Positions 1 through 14,565 of a stretch of 64,000 bases of DNA are shown here, one piece after another. The stretch spans positions 62,001 to 126,000 of the forward strand of contig NIVC01000765.1 in the NCBI GenBank assembly GCA_002269645.1. The letters are read 5' to 3'. The DNA comes from Macrostomum lignano (Eukaryota). Below the pieces are notes generated by a model, which saw only the letters and a program-made list of their open reading frames with translations, searched no databases and had not been told where the DNA came from. Position numbers and translations under genes: made by a program. The number at the start of each line of letters is the position of its first letter. The stretch's first letter is position 1.

Positions 1-830
1 CTAAGAGAATCATCCAGTGAATCTCACCCAACCACTGAGAATCAAGCAGTGAATCTCACTCAACCATTGAGAGAATCATCCAGTGAATCTCACTCAACCA
101 TTAAAAGAATCATCTAGTGAATCTCAGTCAACCATTGAGAGAATCATCCAGTGAATCTCACTCAACCATTGAGAGAATCATCCAGTGAATCTCACCCAAC
201 CCCAGAGAGAGAGTCACCCAGTAAATCTCACTCAACCACTGAGAACCAAGCAGTGAATCTCATCAATCCCTGAGAATCAAGCAGTGAATCTCACTCAACC
301 ATTGAGAACCAAGCAGTGAATCTCATCAATCTCTGAGAATCAAGCAGTGAATCTCACTCAACCATTGAGAGAATCAAGCAGTGAATCTCACCCAATCCCT
401 GAGAATCAAGCAGTGAATCTCACCCAATCCCTGAGAATCAAGCAGTGAATCTCACCCAATCCCTGAGAATCAAGCAGTGAATCTCACTTAATCACTGAGA
501 ATCAAGCAGTGAATCTCACTCAATCACTGAGAATCAAGCAGTGAATCTCACTCAATCCCTGAGAATCAAGCAGTGAATCTCACCCAATCCCTGAGAATCA
601 AGCAGTGAATCTCACTTAATCACTGAGAATCAAGTAGTGAATCTCACCCAATCCCTGAGAATCAAGCAGTGAATCTCACCCAATCACTGAGAATCAAGCA
701 GTGAATCTCACTCAATCACTGAGAATCAAGCAGTGAATCTCACCCAATCCCTGAGAATCAAGCAGTGAATCTCACCCAATCCCTGAGAATCAAGCAGTGA
801 ATCTCACCCAATCCCTGAGAATCAAGCAGT
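1..830. repeat. Tandem repeat, ~32-bp unit GAGAATCAAGCAGTGAATCTCACCCAATCCCT (intronic, upstream of first visible Ack exon)
   Basis: Unit read directly; array runs up to the acceptor ending at 858. Confidence 0.95.
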
Positions 831-858
831 GAAGCATATTTATCGCATCTTCTCGCAG

Positions 859-1095
859 GCAACGGCGGCCAGTCCAACCGGTGACACCGCCGCGGCGGCT
901 GTCCCAAACTCTTCGCCGTCGTCTGTACGACAGCGTCGCTCTCCGCAGCACCGCAGTTCTCAGCAGCGTCCCGCCTCGGCCGTTGTTTCTGCGACAAGTC
1001 GACACGGAGGGCCAGACGACGAAGCCTGGCTTGCGCGGCTCTTGGCTGAAGTGGATTTGACCGCCTTTCATCGGCGCATTCGCGAGGATCTGCAG
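859..1095 (+). CDS. TNK2: Ack/TNK2-like non-receptor tyrosine kinase, first visible exon (start of SAM domain). Model: 859-1095, 1941-2294, 2576-2935, 3707-4075, 5387-5565, 6178-6479, 12834-13663
   Basis: AG at 857-858, GT at 1096. WLARLLAEVDLTAFHRRIREDLQ matches the ACK1 SAM N-half. No ATG here, so the start lies upstream of the window. Confidence 0.85.
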
Positions 1096-1100
1096 GTTGG

Positions 1101-1920
1101 CTGACTGACCTACTGACTGACTGACTGACCTACTGACTGACTGACTGACTGACTGACTGACTGACTGACTGACTGACTAACTGACTGACTGACTGACTGA
1201 CTGACTGACTGACTAACTGACTGACTGACTGACTGACTGACTGACTGACTGACTGACTGACTGACTGACTGACTGACTGACTGACTGACTGACTGACTGA
1301 CTGACTGACTGACTGACTGACTGACTGACTGACTGACTGACTGACTGACTGACTGACTGACTGACTGACTGACTGACTGACTGACTGACTGACTGACTGA
1401 CTGACTGACTGACTGACTGACTGACTGACTGACTGACTGACTGACTGACTGACTGACTGACTGACTGACTGACTGACTGACTGACTGACTGACTGACTGA
1501 CTGACTGACTGACTGACTGACTGACTGACTGACTGACTGACTGACTGACTGACTGACTGACTGACTGACTGACTGACTGACTGACTGACTGACTGACTGA
1601 CTGACTGACTGACTGACTGACTGACTGACTGACTGACTGACTGACTGACTGACTGACTGACTGACTGACTGACTGACTGACTGACTGACTGACTGACTGA
1701 CTGACTGACTGACTGACTGACTGACTGACTGACTGACTGACTGACTGACTGACTGACTGACTGACTGACTGACTGACTGACTGACTGACTGACTGACTGA
1801 CTGACTGACTGACTGACTGACTGACTGACTGACTGACTGACTGACTGACTGACTGACTGACTGACTGACTGACTGACTGACTGACTGACTGACTGACTGA
1901 CTGACTGACTGACTGACTGA
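1101..1920. repeat. (CTGA)n microsatellite filling Ack intron 1096-1940
   Basis: About 200 near-perfect CTGA units. Confidence 0.98.
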
Positions 1921-1940
1921 CAACCGCCGTCGCCCTCCAG

Positions 1941-2294
1941 GTGACAAAGCTTCGCCATTTCGACTTCGTCAAGTCGGACGATCTCGAACGTCTGGGCCTG
2001 TCGCGTCCATCGGCGCGCCGACTGCTTGATGCTGTGAAGCGATGGCGCCACGCGGCCAAGAAGCAGAAACAGCAACAGCAGCAGGGCCTGATCGATCGGT
2101 TGCGACTAAGCAGCAAAGCGCTGCCCTCTCAGCCGGCGGCTGCCGCCCCCGCCGCAGCTGTTGAAGCTCCGGCTAATCTGGAGCTCCTGCTGCCGTCCGC
2201 TGCCGCCGTGTCCGCGCCCGCGCCAGCTGGAGGGGCCGCTGGTGGCGCTGCTGGCTTGGCGCCAATGGCGCCAGCGCTCAGCTCGGGAGAGCAG
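1941..2294 (+). CDS. TNK2: Ack exon: SAM C-half plus low-complexity linker
   Basis: AG 1939-1940, GT 2295, phase 0. VTKLRHFDFVKSDDLERLGLSRPSARRLLDAVKR resembles ACK1 [34 protein letters not shown]. Confidence 0.92.
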
Positions 2295-2369
2295 GTGAGA
2301 AACTGCTTCTGAAGGTCCGCCTAGGGCACGTACGTTGAATTTCGTTCTCAATGATTCTTAGGAATCGCC

Positions 2370-2545
2370 TCAAGACACATTGAGAATCACCTCGAGACAC
2401 ATTGAGAATCGCCCCGAGACACATTGAGAATCACCTCGAGACACATTGAGAATCGCCCCGAGACACATTGAGAATGGCCTCGAGACAGATTGGGAATTGC
2501 CACAAGACACATTGAGAATCTCCCAAAGACACATTGAAAAAAAGC
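2370..2545. repeat. 22-bp tandem repeat GAGACACATTGAGAATC(ACCTC/GCCCC) in Ack intron
   Basis: Units read directly. Confidence 0.9.
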
Positions 2546-2575
2546 ACCAAAAGCCCCGAACTCCTCTCCCGCCAG

Positions 2576-2935
2576 TTGATGTGCCTCATCAGCTCCAAGA
2601 GCGTGTACACCTACTCGAAGCTCGGCTCCGGCCAATTCGCCGACGTGATGAAAGGCGACTGGGTGACCCCGTCTGGCGTCAAACTGCCGGTGGCCGTGAA
2701 AATTTTACGCGACCCAAAAAGCGGCGCCAACACGGCTCTGGAAGACTTCGTCAAAGAGGTGAACAGCATGCACTCGCTGAGTCACCCCAACCTCATCCGC
2801 CTGTACGGAGCCTGTCTGTCATCGCCGCTCATGATTGTCACCGAGCTGGCTCCGCTCGGCTGCCTGCTCAACCGGCTGAGGGATGAAGGATCGGCCGGAT
2901 TCTCCCTCATTGAGCTGTGCAACTATGCTGACCAG
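2576..2935 (+). CDS. TNK2: Ack exon: kinase N-lobe
   Basis: LMCLIS..LGSGQFADV..VAVKILR..KEVNSMHSLSHPNLIRLYG; AG/GT borders, phase 0. Confidence 0.95.
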
Positions 2936-2974
2936 GTTCGATCTCCCCTGCTGATTGCTGGCTGACTCTGCCTC

Positions 2975-3645
2975 CTGTTCATCCCCCTGAGCCCCCTGTT
3001 CATCCCGTGAGCCCCCTGTTCATCCCCTGACCCCCCTGTTCATCATCTGAGCCCCCTGTTCATCCCGTGAGCCCCCTGTTCATCCCCTGACCCCCCTGTT
3101 CATCCCCTGAGCCCCCTGTTCATCCCCTGACCCCCCTGTTCATCCCCCTGAGCCCCCTGTTCATCCCCCTGAGCCCCCTGTTCATCCCCCTGAGCCCCCT
3201 GTTCATCCCCCTGAGCCCCCTGTTCATCCCGTGAGCCCCCTGTTCATCCCCTGAGCCCCCTGTTCATCCCCCTGAGCCCCCTGTTCATCCCTGAGCCCCC
3301 TGTTCATCCCCCTGAGCCCCCTGTTCATCCCCTGAGCCCCTCTTCATCCTCTTTCCGCCCCCCCTGTTTATCCTCTCTCCGCCCCTGTTCATCCTCTCCG
3401 CCCCTCTGTTGATCCTCTCCGCCCCCTGTTTCTCCTCTTTCCGCCTCACTGTTGATCCTCTCTCCGCCTCACTGTTGATCCTCTCTCCGCCCCTCTGTTT
3501 CTCCTCTCTCCGCCCCCTGTTCATCCTCTTTCCGCCCCTGTTCATCCTCTCTCCGCCCCTGTTCATCCTCTCTCCGCCCCTGTTCATCCTCTCTCCGCCC
3601 CTGTTCATCCTTTCTCCGCCCCTGTTCATCCTCTCTTCATCCCCT
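2975..3645. repeat. ~19-21-bp tandem repeat CCCCTGTTCATCCCCTGAGC / CCTCTCTCCGC variants in Ack intron
   Basis: Units read directly. Confidence 0.9.
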
Positions 3646-3670
3646 GAGCCGCCTGATTCGCTCAAATTAA

Positions 3671-5284
<1,614 letters not shown>

Positions 5285-5386
5285 TGAATTTTATCTGAAT
5301 ATCCCAACCTAAAACTTCGTCCTACTAGCCATATACATTTAATTACAACCTTATACATGCTGCCACCCGCAATCTTAATTCTCTAG

Positions 5387-5565
5387 ATTTACCGCCTAAT
5401 GCTCGCCTGCTGGCAGTTGGATCCGAAATCTCGACCCACTTTTGCCGCATTGAAAGCAGCCTTGGCCCAGGCCAAACCAATCGAAGTGCTGGCCACTCGA
5501 CGATTCGATGAAGCCGACCGGCTGGGCTGCGAAGAGGGCGATAAAATCCTTGTGCTCGATGGCCG
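5387..5565 (+). CDS. TNK2: Ack exon: kinase end and SH3 start
   Basis: IYRLMLACWQLDPKSRPTF..GDKILVLDG; AG 5385-5386, GT 5566, phase 2. Confidence 0.92.
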
Positions 5566-5584
5566 GTGGGTGAAATGCAGTGTA

Positions 5585-5830
5585 TGCGATCCGATCCCAA
5601 TCCCTTTCTGGTATCACGAGATCCATATTGGTTTTCCTAATGCAGTATATCCGATCCAAATCCCTTCCTGGTATCACGAGATCCATATTGGTTTTCCTAG
5701 TAATGCAGTATATCCGATCCCAATCCCTTCCTGGTATCACGAGATCCATATTGGCCTTCCTAGTAATGTAGTGTATGCGATCCCAATCCCTTCCTGGTAT
5801 CACGAGATCCATATTAGCCTTCCTAGGATC
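5585..5830. repeat. ~62-bp tandem repeat, about 4 copies, in Ack intron
   Basis: CCCAATCCCTTCCTGGTATCACGAGATCCATATT recurs four times. Confidence 0.85.
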
Positions 5831-6177
5831 GCGGGATCCCCATGGCTTCCTGAGATCGCGGGTTCTCATGGTATTCCTGAGATTTCCATCGACTATCCTG
5901 AGATCACACCTTTTCCTGAGATGCTCATCCTCACCTGTATTCGCTTCCCTCTTTGTAATCATTATCCTTTTTGCCTCTATCTATCGAGGTATGTGATTGA
6001 TTTCAGACAGCATACACAGATTAGTTACTGAAAGTAGAAAGTCAAAAATATCGTTTGAAATATCATTGAAATATATAGTCTGTGCACACTGTTTATTTAG
6101 AAAGAATCAGGCAGTAACCGATCGTTGAGATCGAAGACTATTATTGAAGACTAAAACGCCCTACCGTCTTCACGCAG

Positions 6178-6479
6178 TCCCGAGAATTTCTGGTGGCACG
6201 GCCAGAACCAGCGCACCAGCGAAGTTGGTTGGTTTCCGCGCGCCTTGGCCAGCACGGGAAAGCCGCTGGATCCGCGCGACATTAGCCGGCCAATTAAGAA
6301 TAGTTTTATTCACACCGGTCACGGCGGGATGAACCAGGACACCTGGGGTCAGCCGGGTCATATTGACGATGTCTACCTGAGAAATCCTATGGATCCGGAG
6401 GATTTGAGCCGGCCGGGTTGCTCTGTGCAACAAAGCGAGTTTTTACCACCGACTGGATTGGGACCTGCGGATGCCGCTA
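6178..6479 (+). CDS. TNK2: Ack exon: SH3 C-half and CRIB motif
   Basis: PENFWWHGQNQRTSEVGWFPR and DISRPIKNSFIHTGHG; phase-2 acceptor matches the upstream donor; GTGAGT donor at 6480. Confidence 0.94.
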
Positions 6480-6494
6480 GTGAGTATGCTTTGG

Positions 6495-9400
6495 AGTGAT
6501 TGGGTGACCGGAACTGGAGTGATTGGGTGACCGGAACTGGAGTGATTGGTTGACCCGAACTGGAGTGATTGGGTGACCGGAAACTGGAGTGATTGGTTGA
6601 CCGGAACTGGAGTGATTGGTTGACCGGAACTGGAGTGATTGGGTGACCGGAACTGGAGTGATTGGGTGACCGGAACTGGAGTGATTGGTTGACCCGAACT
6701 GGAGTGATTGGGTGACCGGAAACTGGAGTGATTGGTTGACCGGAACTGGAGTGATTGGTTGACCGGAACTGGAGTGATTGGGTGACCGGAAACTGGAGTA
6801 GGTAACCGGAAACTGGAGTAGGTAACCGGAAACTGAATTTGGTAATCGGAAACTGGAATAGGTGCCCGGAAACTGGAGTGGGTAACCGGAAACTCGAGTG
6901 ATTGGTTGACCGGAACTGGAGTGATTGGGTGACCGGAAACTGGAGTAGGTAACCGGAAACTGAAGTTGGTAATCGGAAACTGGAATAGGTGACCGGAAAC
7001 TGGAGTAGGTGACCGGAAACTGGAATAGGTGCCCGGAAACTGGAGTGATTGGGTGACCGGAAACTGGAGTAGGTGACCGGAAACTGGAGTAGATAACCGG
7101 AAAACTGAAGTTGGTAATCGGAAACTGGAATAGGTGACTGGAAACTGGAGTAGGTGACCGGAAACTGGAGTGATTGGGTGACCGGAAATTGAGTGATTGG
7201 GTGACCGGAAATTGAGTGATTGGGTGACCGGAAACTGGAGTAGGTGACCGGAAACTGGAGTGATTGGGTGACCGGAAATTGAGTGATTGGGTGACCGGAA
7301 ATTGAGTGATTGGGTGACCGGAAACTGGAGTAGGTGACCGGAAACTGGAGTAGGTGACTGGAAACTGGAGTAGGTGACTGGAAACTGAAGTAGGTGACTG
7401 GAAACTGGAGTAGGTGACTGGAAACTGGAGTAGGTGACTGGAAACTGAAGTAGGTGACTGGAAACTGGAGTAGGTGACCGGAAACTGGAGTAGGTAACTG
7501 GAAACGAGTAGGTGACCGGAAACTGGAGTAGGTGACTGGAAACTGGAGTAGGTGACCGGAAACTGGAGTAGGTGACCGGAAACTGGAGTAGGTGACCGTA
7601 AACTGGAATAGGTGACCGGAAACTGGAGTAGGTGACCGGAAACTGGAGTAGGTGACCGGAAACTGGAGTAGGTGACCGGAAACTGAAGTAGGTGACCGGA
7701 AACTGGAATAGGTGACCGGAAACTGGAGTAGGTGACCGGAAACTGGAGTAGGTGACCGTAAACTGGAATAGGTGACCGGAAACTGGAGTAGGTGACCGGA
7801 AACTGAAGTAGGTGACCGGAAACTGGAGTAGGTGACCGGAAACTGGAGTAGGTGACTGGAAACTGGAGTAGGTGACCGGAAACTGGAGTATGTGACTGGA
7901 AGATGGAGTAGGTGACTGGAAACTGGAGTGATTGGGTGACCGGAAACTGGAGTAGGTGACTGGAAACTGGAGTAGGTGACCGGAAACTGGAGTAGGTAAC
8001 TGGAAACGAGTAGGTGACCGGAAACTGGAGTAGGTGACTGGAAACTGGAGTAGGTGACCGGAAACTGGAGTAGGTGACCGGAAACTGGAGTAGGTGACCG
8101 GAAACTGGAGTAGGTGACTGGAAGATGGAGTAGGTGACTGGAAACTGGAGTGATTGGGTGACCGGAAACTGGAGTAGGTGACTGGAAACTGGAGTAGGTG
8201 ACCGGAAACTGGAATAGGTGACCGGAAACTGGAGTAGGTGACCGGAAACTGGAGTAGGTGACCCTAAACTGGAATAGGTGACCGGAAACTGGAGTAGGTG
8301 ACCGGAAACTGGAGTAGGTGACCGGAAACTGGAGTAGGTCACCGGAAACTGAAGTAGGTGACTGGAAGATGGAGTAGGTGACTGGAAACTGGAGTGATTG
8401 GGTGACCGGAAACTGGAGTAGGTGACTGGAAACTGGAGTAGGTGACTGGAAACTGAAGTAGGTGACTGGAAACTGGAGTAGGTGACTGGAAACTGGAGTA
8501 GGTGACTGGAAACTGGAGTAGGTGACCGGAAACTGGAGTAGGTAACTGGAAACGAGTAGGTGACCGGAAACTGGAGTAGGTGACTGGAAACTGGAGGTGA
8601 CCGGAAACTGGAGTAGGTGACCGGAAACTGGAGTAGGTGACCGGAAACTGGAGTAGGTGACCGGAAACTGGAGTAGGTGACTGGAAGATGGAGTAGGTGA
8701 CTGGAAACTGGAGTGATTGGGTGACCGGAAACTGGAGTAGGTGACTGGAAACTGGAGTAGGTGACCGGAAACTGGAATAGGTGACCGGAAACTGGAGTAG
8801 GTGACCGGAAACTGGAGTAGGTGACCGTAAACTGGAATAGGTGACCGGAAACTGGAGTAGGTGACCGGAAACTGGAGTAGGTGACCGGAAACTGGAGTAG
8901 GTCACCGGAAACTGAAGTAGGTGACTGGAAGATGGAGTAGGTGACTGGAAACTGGAGTGATTGGGTGACCGGAAACTGGAGTAGGTGACTGGAAACTGAA
9001 GTAGGTGACCGGAAACTGGAATAGGTGATTGGAAACTGGAGTAGGTGACCGGAAACTGGAGTAGGTGACCGGAAACTGGAATAGGTGACCGGAAACTGGA
9101 GTAGGTGACCGGAAACTGGAGTAGGTGACCGGAAACTGGAGTAGGTGACCGGAAACTGGAGTAGGTGACTGGAAACTGGAGTAGGTGACCGGAAACTGGA
9201 GTAGGTGACTGGAAGATGGAGTAGGTGACTGGAAACTGGAGTGATTGGTTGACCGGAAACTGGAGTAGGTGACTGGAAACTGGAGTAGGTGACCGGAAAC
9301 TGGAGTAGGTAACTGAAAACGAGTAGGTGACCGGAAACTGGAGTAGGTGACTGGAAACTGGAGTAGGTGACCGGAAACTGGAGTAGGTGACCGGAAACTG

Positions 9401-12400
9401 GAGTAGGTGACCGGAAACTGGAGTAGGTGACTGGAAGATGGAGTAGGTGACTGGAAACTGGAGTGATTGGGTGACCGGAAACTGGAGTAGGTGACTGGAA
9501 ACTGGAGTAGGTGACCGGAAACTGGAATAGGTGACCGGAAACTGGAGTAGGTGACCGGAAACTGGAGTAGGTGACCGTAAACTGGAATAGGTGACCGGAA
9601 ACTGGAGTAGGTGACCGGAAACTGGAGTAGGTGACCGGAAACTGGAGTAGGTGACCGGAAACTGGAGTAGGTGACCGGAAACTGGAGTAGGTGACCGGAA
9701 ACTGAAGTAGGTGACTGGAAGATGGAGTAGGTGACTGGAAACTGGAGTGATTGGGTGACCGGAAACTGGAGTAGATGACTGGAAACTGGAGTAGGTGACT
9801 GGAAACTGGAGTAGGTGACCGGAAACTGGAGTAGGTGACCGGAAACTGGAGTAGGTGACCGGAAACTGGAGTAGGTGACTGGAAGATGGAGTAGGTGACT
9901 GGAAACTGGAGTGATTGGGTGACCGGAAACTGGAGTAGGTGACTGGAAACTGGAGTAGGTGACCGGAAACTGGAATAGGTGACCGGAAACTGGAGTAGGT
10001 GACCGGAAACTGGAGTAGGTGACCGTAAACTGGAATAGGTGACCGGAAACTGGAGTAGGTGACCGGAAACTGGAGTAGGTGACTGGAAGATGGAGTAGGT
10101 GACTGGAAACTGGAGTGATTGGGTGACCGGAAACTGGAGTAGGTGACTGGAAACTGGAGTAGGTGACCGGAAACTGGAGTAGGTAACCGGAAACGAGTAG
10201 GTGACCGGAAACTGGAGTAGGTGACTGGAAACTGGAGTAGGTGACTGGAAACTGGAGTGATTGGGTGACCGGAAACTGGAGTAGGTGACTGGAAACTGGA
10301 GTAGGTGACTGGAAACTGAAGTAGGTGACTGGAAACTGGAGTAGGTGACTGGAAACTGGAGTAGGTGACTGGAAACTGAAGTAGGTGACTGGAAACTGGA
10401 GTAGGTGACCGGAAACTGGAGTAGGTAACTGGAAACGAGTAGGTGACCGGAAACTGGAGTAGGTGACTGGAAACTGGAGGTGACCGGAAACTGGAGTAGG
10501 TGACCGGAAACTGGAGTAGGTGACCGGAAACTGGAGTAGGTGACCGGAAACTGGAGTAGGTGACTGGAAGATGGAGTAGGTGACTGGAAACTGGAGTGAT
10601 TGGGTGACCGGAAACTGGAGTAGGTGACTGGAAACTGGAGTAGGTGACCGGAAACTGGAATAGGTGACCGGAAACTGGAGTAGGTGACCGGAAACTGGAG
10701 TAGGTGACCGTAAACTGGAATAGGTGACCGGAAACTGGAGTAGGTGACCGGAAACTGGAGTAGGTGACCGGAAACTGGAGTAGGTGACCGGAAACTGGAG
10801 TAGGTGACCGGAAACTGGAGTAGGTGACCGGAAACTGAAGTAGGTGACTGGAAGATGGAGTAGGTGACTGGAAACTAGAGTGATTGGGTGACCGGAAACT
10901 GGAGTAGGTGACTGGAAACTGAAGTAGGTGACCGGAAACTGGAATAGGTGACCGGAAACTGGAGTAGGTGACCGGAAACTGGAGTAGGTGACCGGAAACT
11001 GGAATAGGTGACCGGAAACTGGAGTAGGTGACCGGAAACTGGAGTAGGTGACCGGAAACTGGAGTAGGTGACCGGAAACTGGAGTAGGTGACTGGAAACT
11101 GGAGTAGGTGACCGGAAACTGGAGTAGGTGACTGGAAGATGGAGTAGGTGACTGGAAACTGGAGTGATTGGTTGACCGGAAACTGGAGTAGGTGACTGGA
11201 AACTGGAGTAGGTGACCGGAAACTGGAGTAGGTAACTGGAAACGAGTAGGTGACCGGAAACTGGAGTAGGTGACTGGAAACTGGAGTAGGTGACCGGAAA
11301 CTGGAGTAGGTGACCGGAAACTGGAGTAGGTGACCGGAAACTGGAGTAGGTGACTGGAAGATGGAGTAGGTGACTGGAAACTGGAGTGATTGGGTGACCG
11401 GAAACTGGAGTAGGTGACTGGAAACTGGAGTAGGTGACCGGAAACTGGAATAGGTGACCGGAAACTGGAGTAGGTGACCGGAAACTGGAGTAGGTGACCG
11501 TAAACTGGAATAGGTGACCGGAAACTGGAGTAGGTGACCGGAAACTGGAGTAGGTGACCGGAAACTGGAGTAGGTGACCGGAAACTGGAGTAGGTGACCG
11601 GAAACTGGAGTAGGTGACCGGAAACTGAAGTAGGTGACTGGAAGATGGAGTAGGTGACTGGAAACTGGAGTGATTGGGTGACCGGAAACTGGAGTAGATG
11701 ACTGGAAACTGGAGTAGGTGACCGGAAACTGGAGTAGGTGACTGGAAACTGGAGTAGGTGACCGGAAACTGGAGTAGGTGACCGGAAACTGGAGTAGGTG
11801 ACCGGAAACTGGAGTAGGTGACTGGAAGATGGAGTAGGTGACTGGAAACTGGAGTGATTGGGTGACCGGAAACTGGAGTAGGTGACTGGAAACTGGAGTA
11901 GGTGACCGGAAACTGGAATAGGTGACCGGAAACTGGAGTAGGTGACCGGAAACTGGAGTAGGTGACCGTAAACTGGAATAGGTGACCGGAAACTGGAGTA
12001 GGTGACCGGAAACTGGAGTAGGTGACCGGAAACTGGAGTAGGTGACTGGAAGATGGAGTAGGTGACTGGAAACTGGAGTGATTGGGTGACCGGAAACTGG
12101 AGTAGGTGACTGGAAACTGGAGTAGGTGACCGGAAACTGGAGTAGGTAACCGGAAACGAGTAGGTGACCGGAAACTGGAGTAGGTGACTGGAAACTGGAG
12201 TAGGTGACCGGAAACTGGAGTAGGTGACCGGAAACTGGAGTAGGTGACCGGAAACTGGAGTAGGTGACTGGAAGATGGAGTAGGTGACTGGAAACTGGAG
12301 TGATTGGGTGACTGGAAACTGGAGTAGGTGACCGGAAACTGGAATAGGTGACCGGAAACTGTTGTAGGTGACCGGAAACTGGAGTAGGTGACCGTAAACT

Positions 12401-12790
12401 GGAATAGGTGACCGGAAACTGGAGTAGGTGACCGGAAACTGGAGTAGGTGACCGGAAACTGGAGTAGGTGACTGGAAACTGGAGTAGGTGACTGGAAACT
12501 GGAGTGATTGGGTGACCGGAAACTGGAGTAGGTGACCGGAAACTGGAGTAGGTGACTGGAAACTGGAGTAGGTGACCGGAAACTGGAGTAGGTAACCGGA
12601 AACGAGTAGGTGACCGGAAACTGGAGTAGGTGACCGGAAACTGGAGTAGGTGACTGGAAACTGGAGTAGGTGACCGGAAACTGGAGTAGGTGACCGGAAA
12701 CTGGAGTAGGTGACTGGAAACTGGAGTAGGTAGCCGCAAACTAAAGTAGGTACCCTAAGAACTGATAGATGACTGGAAACTGAAATGGGT
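6495..12790. repeat. 6.3-kb minisatellite, 20-bp unit GGAAACTGGAGTAGGTGACC, filling Ack intron 6480-12833
   Basis: About 300 units read directly. Confidence 0.98.
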
Positions 12791-12833
12791 ATTACATAAA
12801 CTATCAAATAGAGATTGGTTGTTTTTATTGCAG

Positions 12834-13663
12834 AGTCGCAGCAGCAGCAGGCTCGCAGCAGCAAGTCCAGCTACCATCGACTGGTGGAAGATGACGCCAA
12901 ACCAGTCAGCAAACCGACGGCAACATCGAAAAGCAGCAGCGGCATCGCCTTGGCGAGCCCGGCGCAGCAACGCCGTTCGATTCCGTCATCGGCGGCTTCC
13001 AGCGCCAACAGTCACTCGCGTCGGGCTTCATCAGCCTCGTCAGCCACCGTTTCGGCGCCTGCGGAAGCCTTGAACTCGGCGACGCCTTCTTTGATCAGCT
13101 TCGACGATAACTACGAGTGGCTCCAGCCGATGGCGACGAAGCAGGCGGCGGCGGCGGAGTCGCCGGATCGTTGCAGCCTGCTCGACCTGCCCATCAGCGG
13201 CAACGACGAGGCCGGAGCTCCGCCGGCGCCCCGCCTGCCCGCCCAGCCGCCAGTCGGGTCGCCAATCGAGCCGCTGATTGCCCAGCTGCGTCTCTATCAG
13301 AATGTGCCGCTGGCCTCGCAGCCGCAGCCGCCACCGCCGCCTCCGCCTCTTCAGCAGCAGCAGCAGCAGCTTTACCAGCCTCCGCCTCAGGCTTCATCAT
13401 CGACAACGAACGAGCTGCTGGCCAGCCTGCGCAGTCTGGTGCCCGGCGCCGCGGCCGCGGAATGCCTGGCCGCTCTGATGCGGCACTCTGGCGATCTGCA
13501 GGCGGCCAGCAGGCGATTGAAGATCGACCAGCTGCTGCGTCTGGGTCTGGCGGACGCGGCCGAGTGCGAGCGTCAGCTGGAGCTCAACGGATGGATCGTC
13601 GAAGAGGCTGGAGCCGCTTTGGTTGACGCTTGCTGCGTTGGGGGCGCTGGCGGCGCTTCTTAA
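12834..13663 (+). CDS. TNK2: Ack last exon: Pro/Gln-rich tail and C-terminal UBA-like domain
   Basis: Phase-1 acceptor matches the donor at 6480. LVPGAAAAECLAALMRHSGDLQAASRRLKIDQLL resembles the ACK1 UBA. TAA at 13661-13663. Confidence 0.9.
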
Positions 13664-13677
13664 AGTGAAATTCTGAC

Positions 13678-14565
13678 GATGAGATAGAATCCGATGAGAT
13701 ATAATCTGATGAGATATAATCTGATGAGATAGAATCTGATGAGATAGAATCTGATGAGATATAATCGGATGAGATAGAATCTGATGAGATATAATCGGAT
13801 GAGATAGAATCTGATGAGATAGAATCCGATGAGATAGAATCTGATTAGATAGAATCCGATGAGATAGAATCTGATGAGATAGAATCTGATGAGATAGAAT
13901 CTGATGAGATAGAATCCGATGAGATAGAATCCGATGAGATAGAATCTGATGAGATAGAATCCGATGAGATAGAATCTGATTAGATAGAATCCGATGAGAT
14001 AGAATCTGATGAGATAGAATCCGATGAGATAGAATCTGATGAGATAGAATCCGATGAGATAGAATCTGATGAGATAGAATCTGATGAGATAGAATCTGAT
14101 GAGATAGAATCCGATGAGATAGAATCCGATGAGATAGAATCTGATGAGATAGAATCTGATGAGATAGAATCCGATGAGATAGAATCTGATGAGATAGAAT
14201 CCGATGAGATAGAATCTGATGAGATAGAATCTGATGAGATAGAATCCGATGAGATAGAATCTGATTAGATAGAATCCGATGAGATAGAATCTGATTAGAT
14301 AGAATCCGATGAGATAGAATCTGATGAGATAGAATCCGATGAGATAGAATCTGATTAGATAGAATCCGATGAGATAGAATCTGATGAGATAGAATCCGAT
14401 GAGATAGAATCTGATGAGATAGAATCCGATGAGATAGAATCTGATGAGATAGAATCTGATGAGATAGAATCTGATGAGATAGAATCCGATGAGATAGAAT
14501 CCGATGAGATAGAATCTGATGAGATAGAATCTGATGAGATAGAATCCGATGAGATAGAATCCGTT
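13678..14565. repeat. 15-bp tandem repeat GATGAGATAGAATC(T/C) starting just after the Ack stop codon
   Basis: About 59 units. Confidence 0.97.

Noticed and set aside
1110-2116. Long SQSV ORFs on the minus strand
   Set aside because: Translation of the (CTGA)n microsatellite.
6477-12864. 621-, 1320- and 1466-aa ORFs
   Set aside because: Products of a stop-free 20-bp minisatellite lying antisense in an intron.
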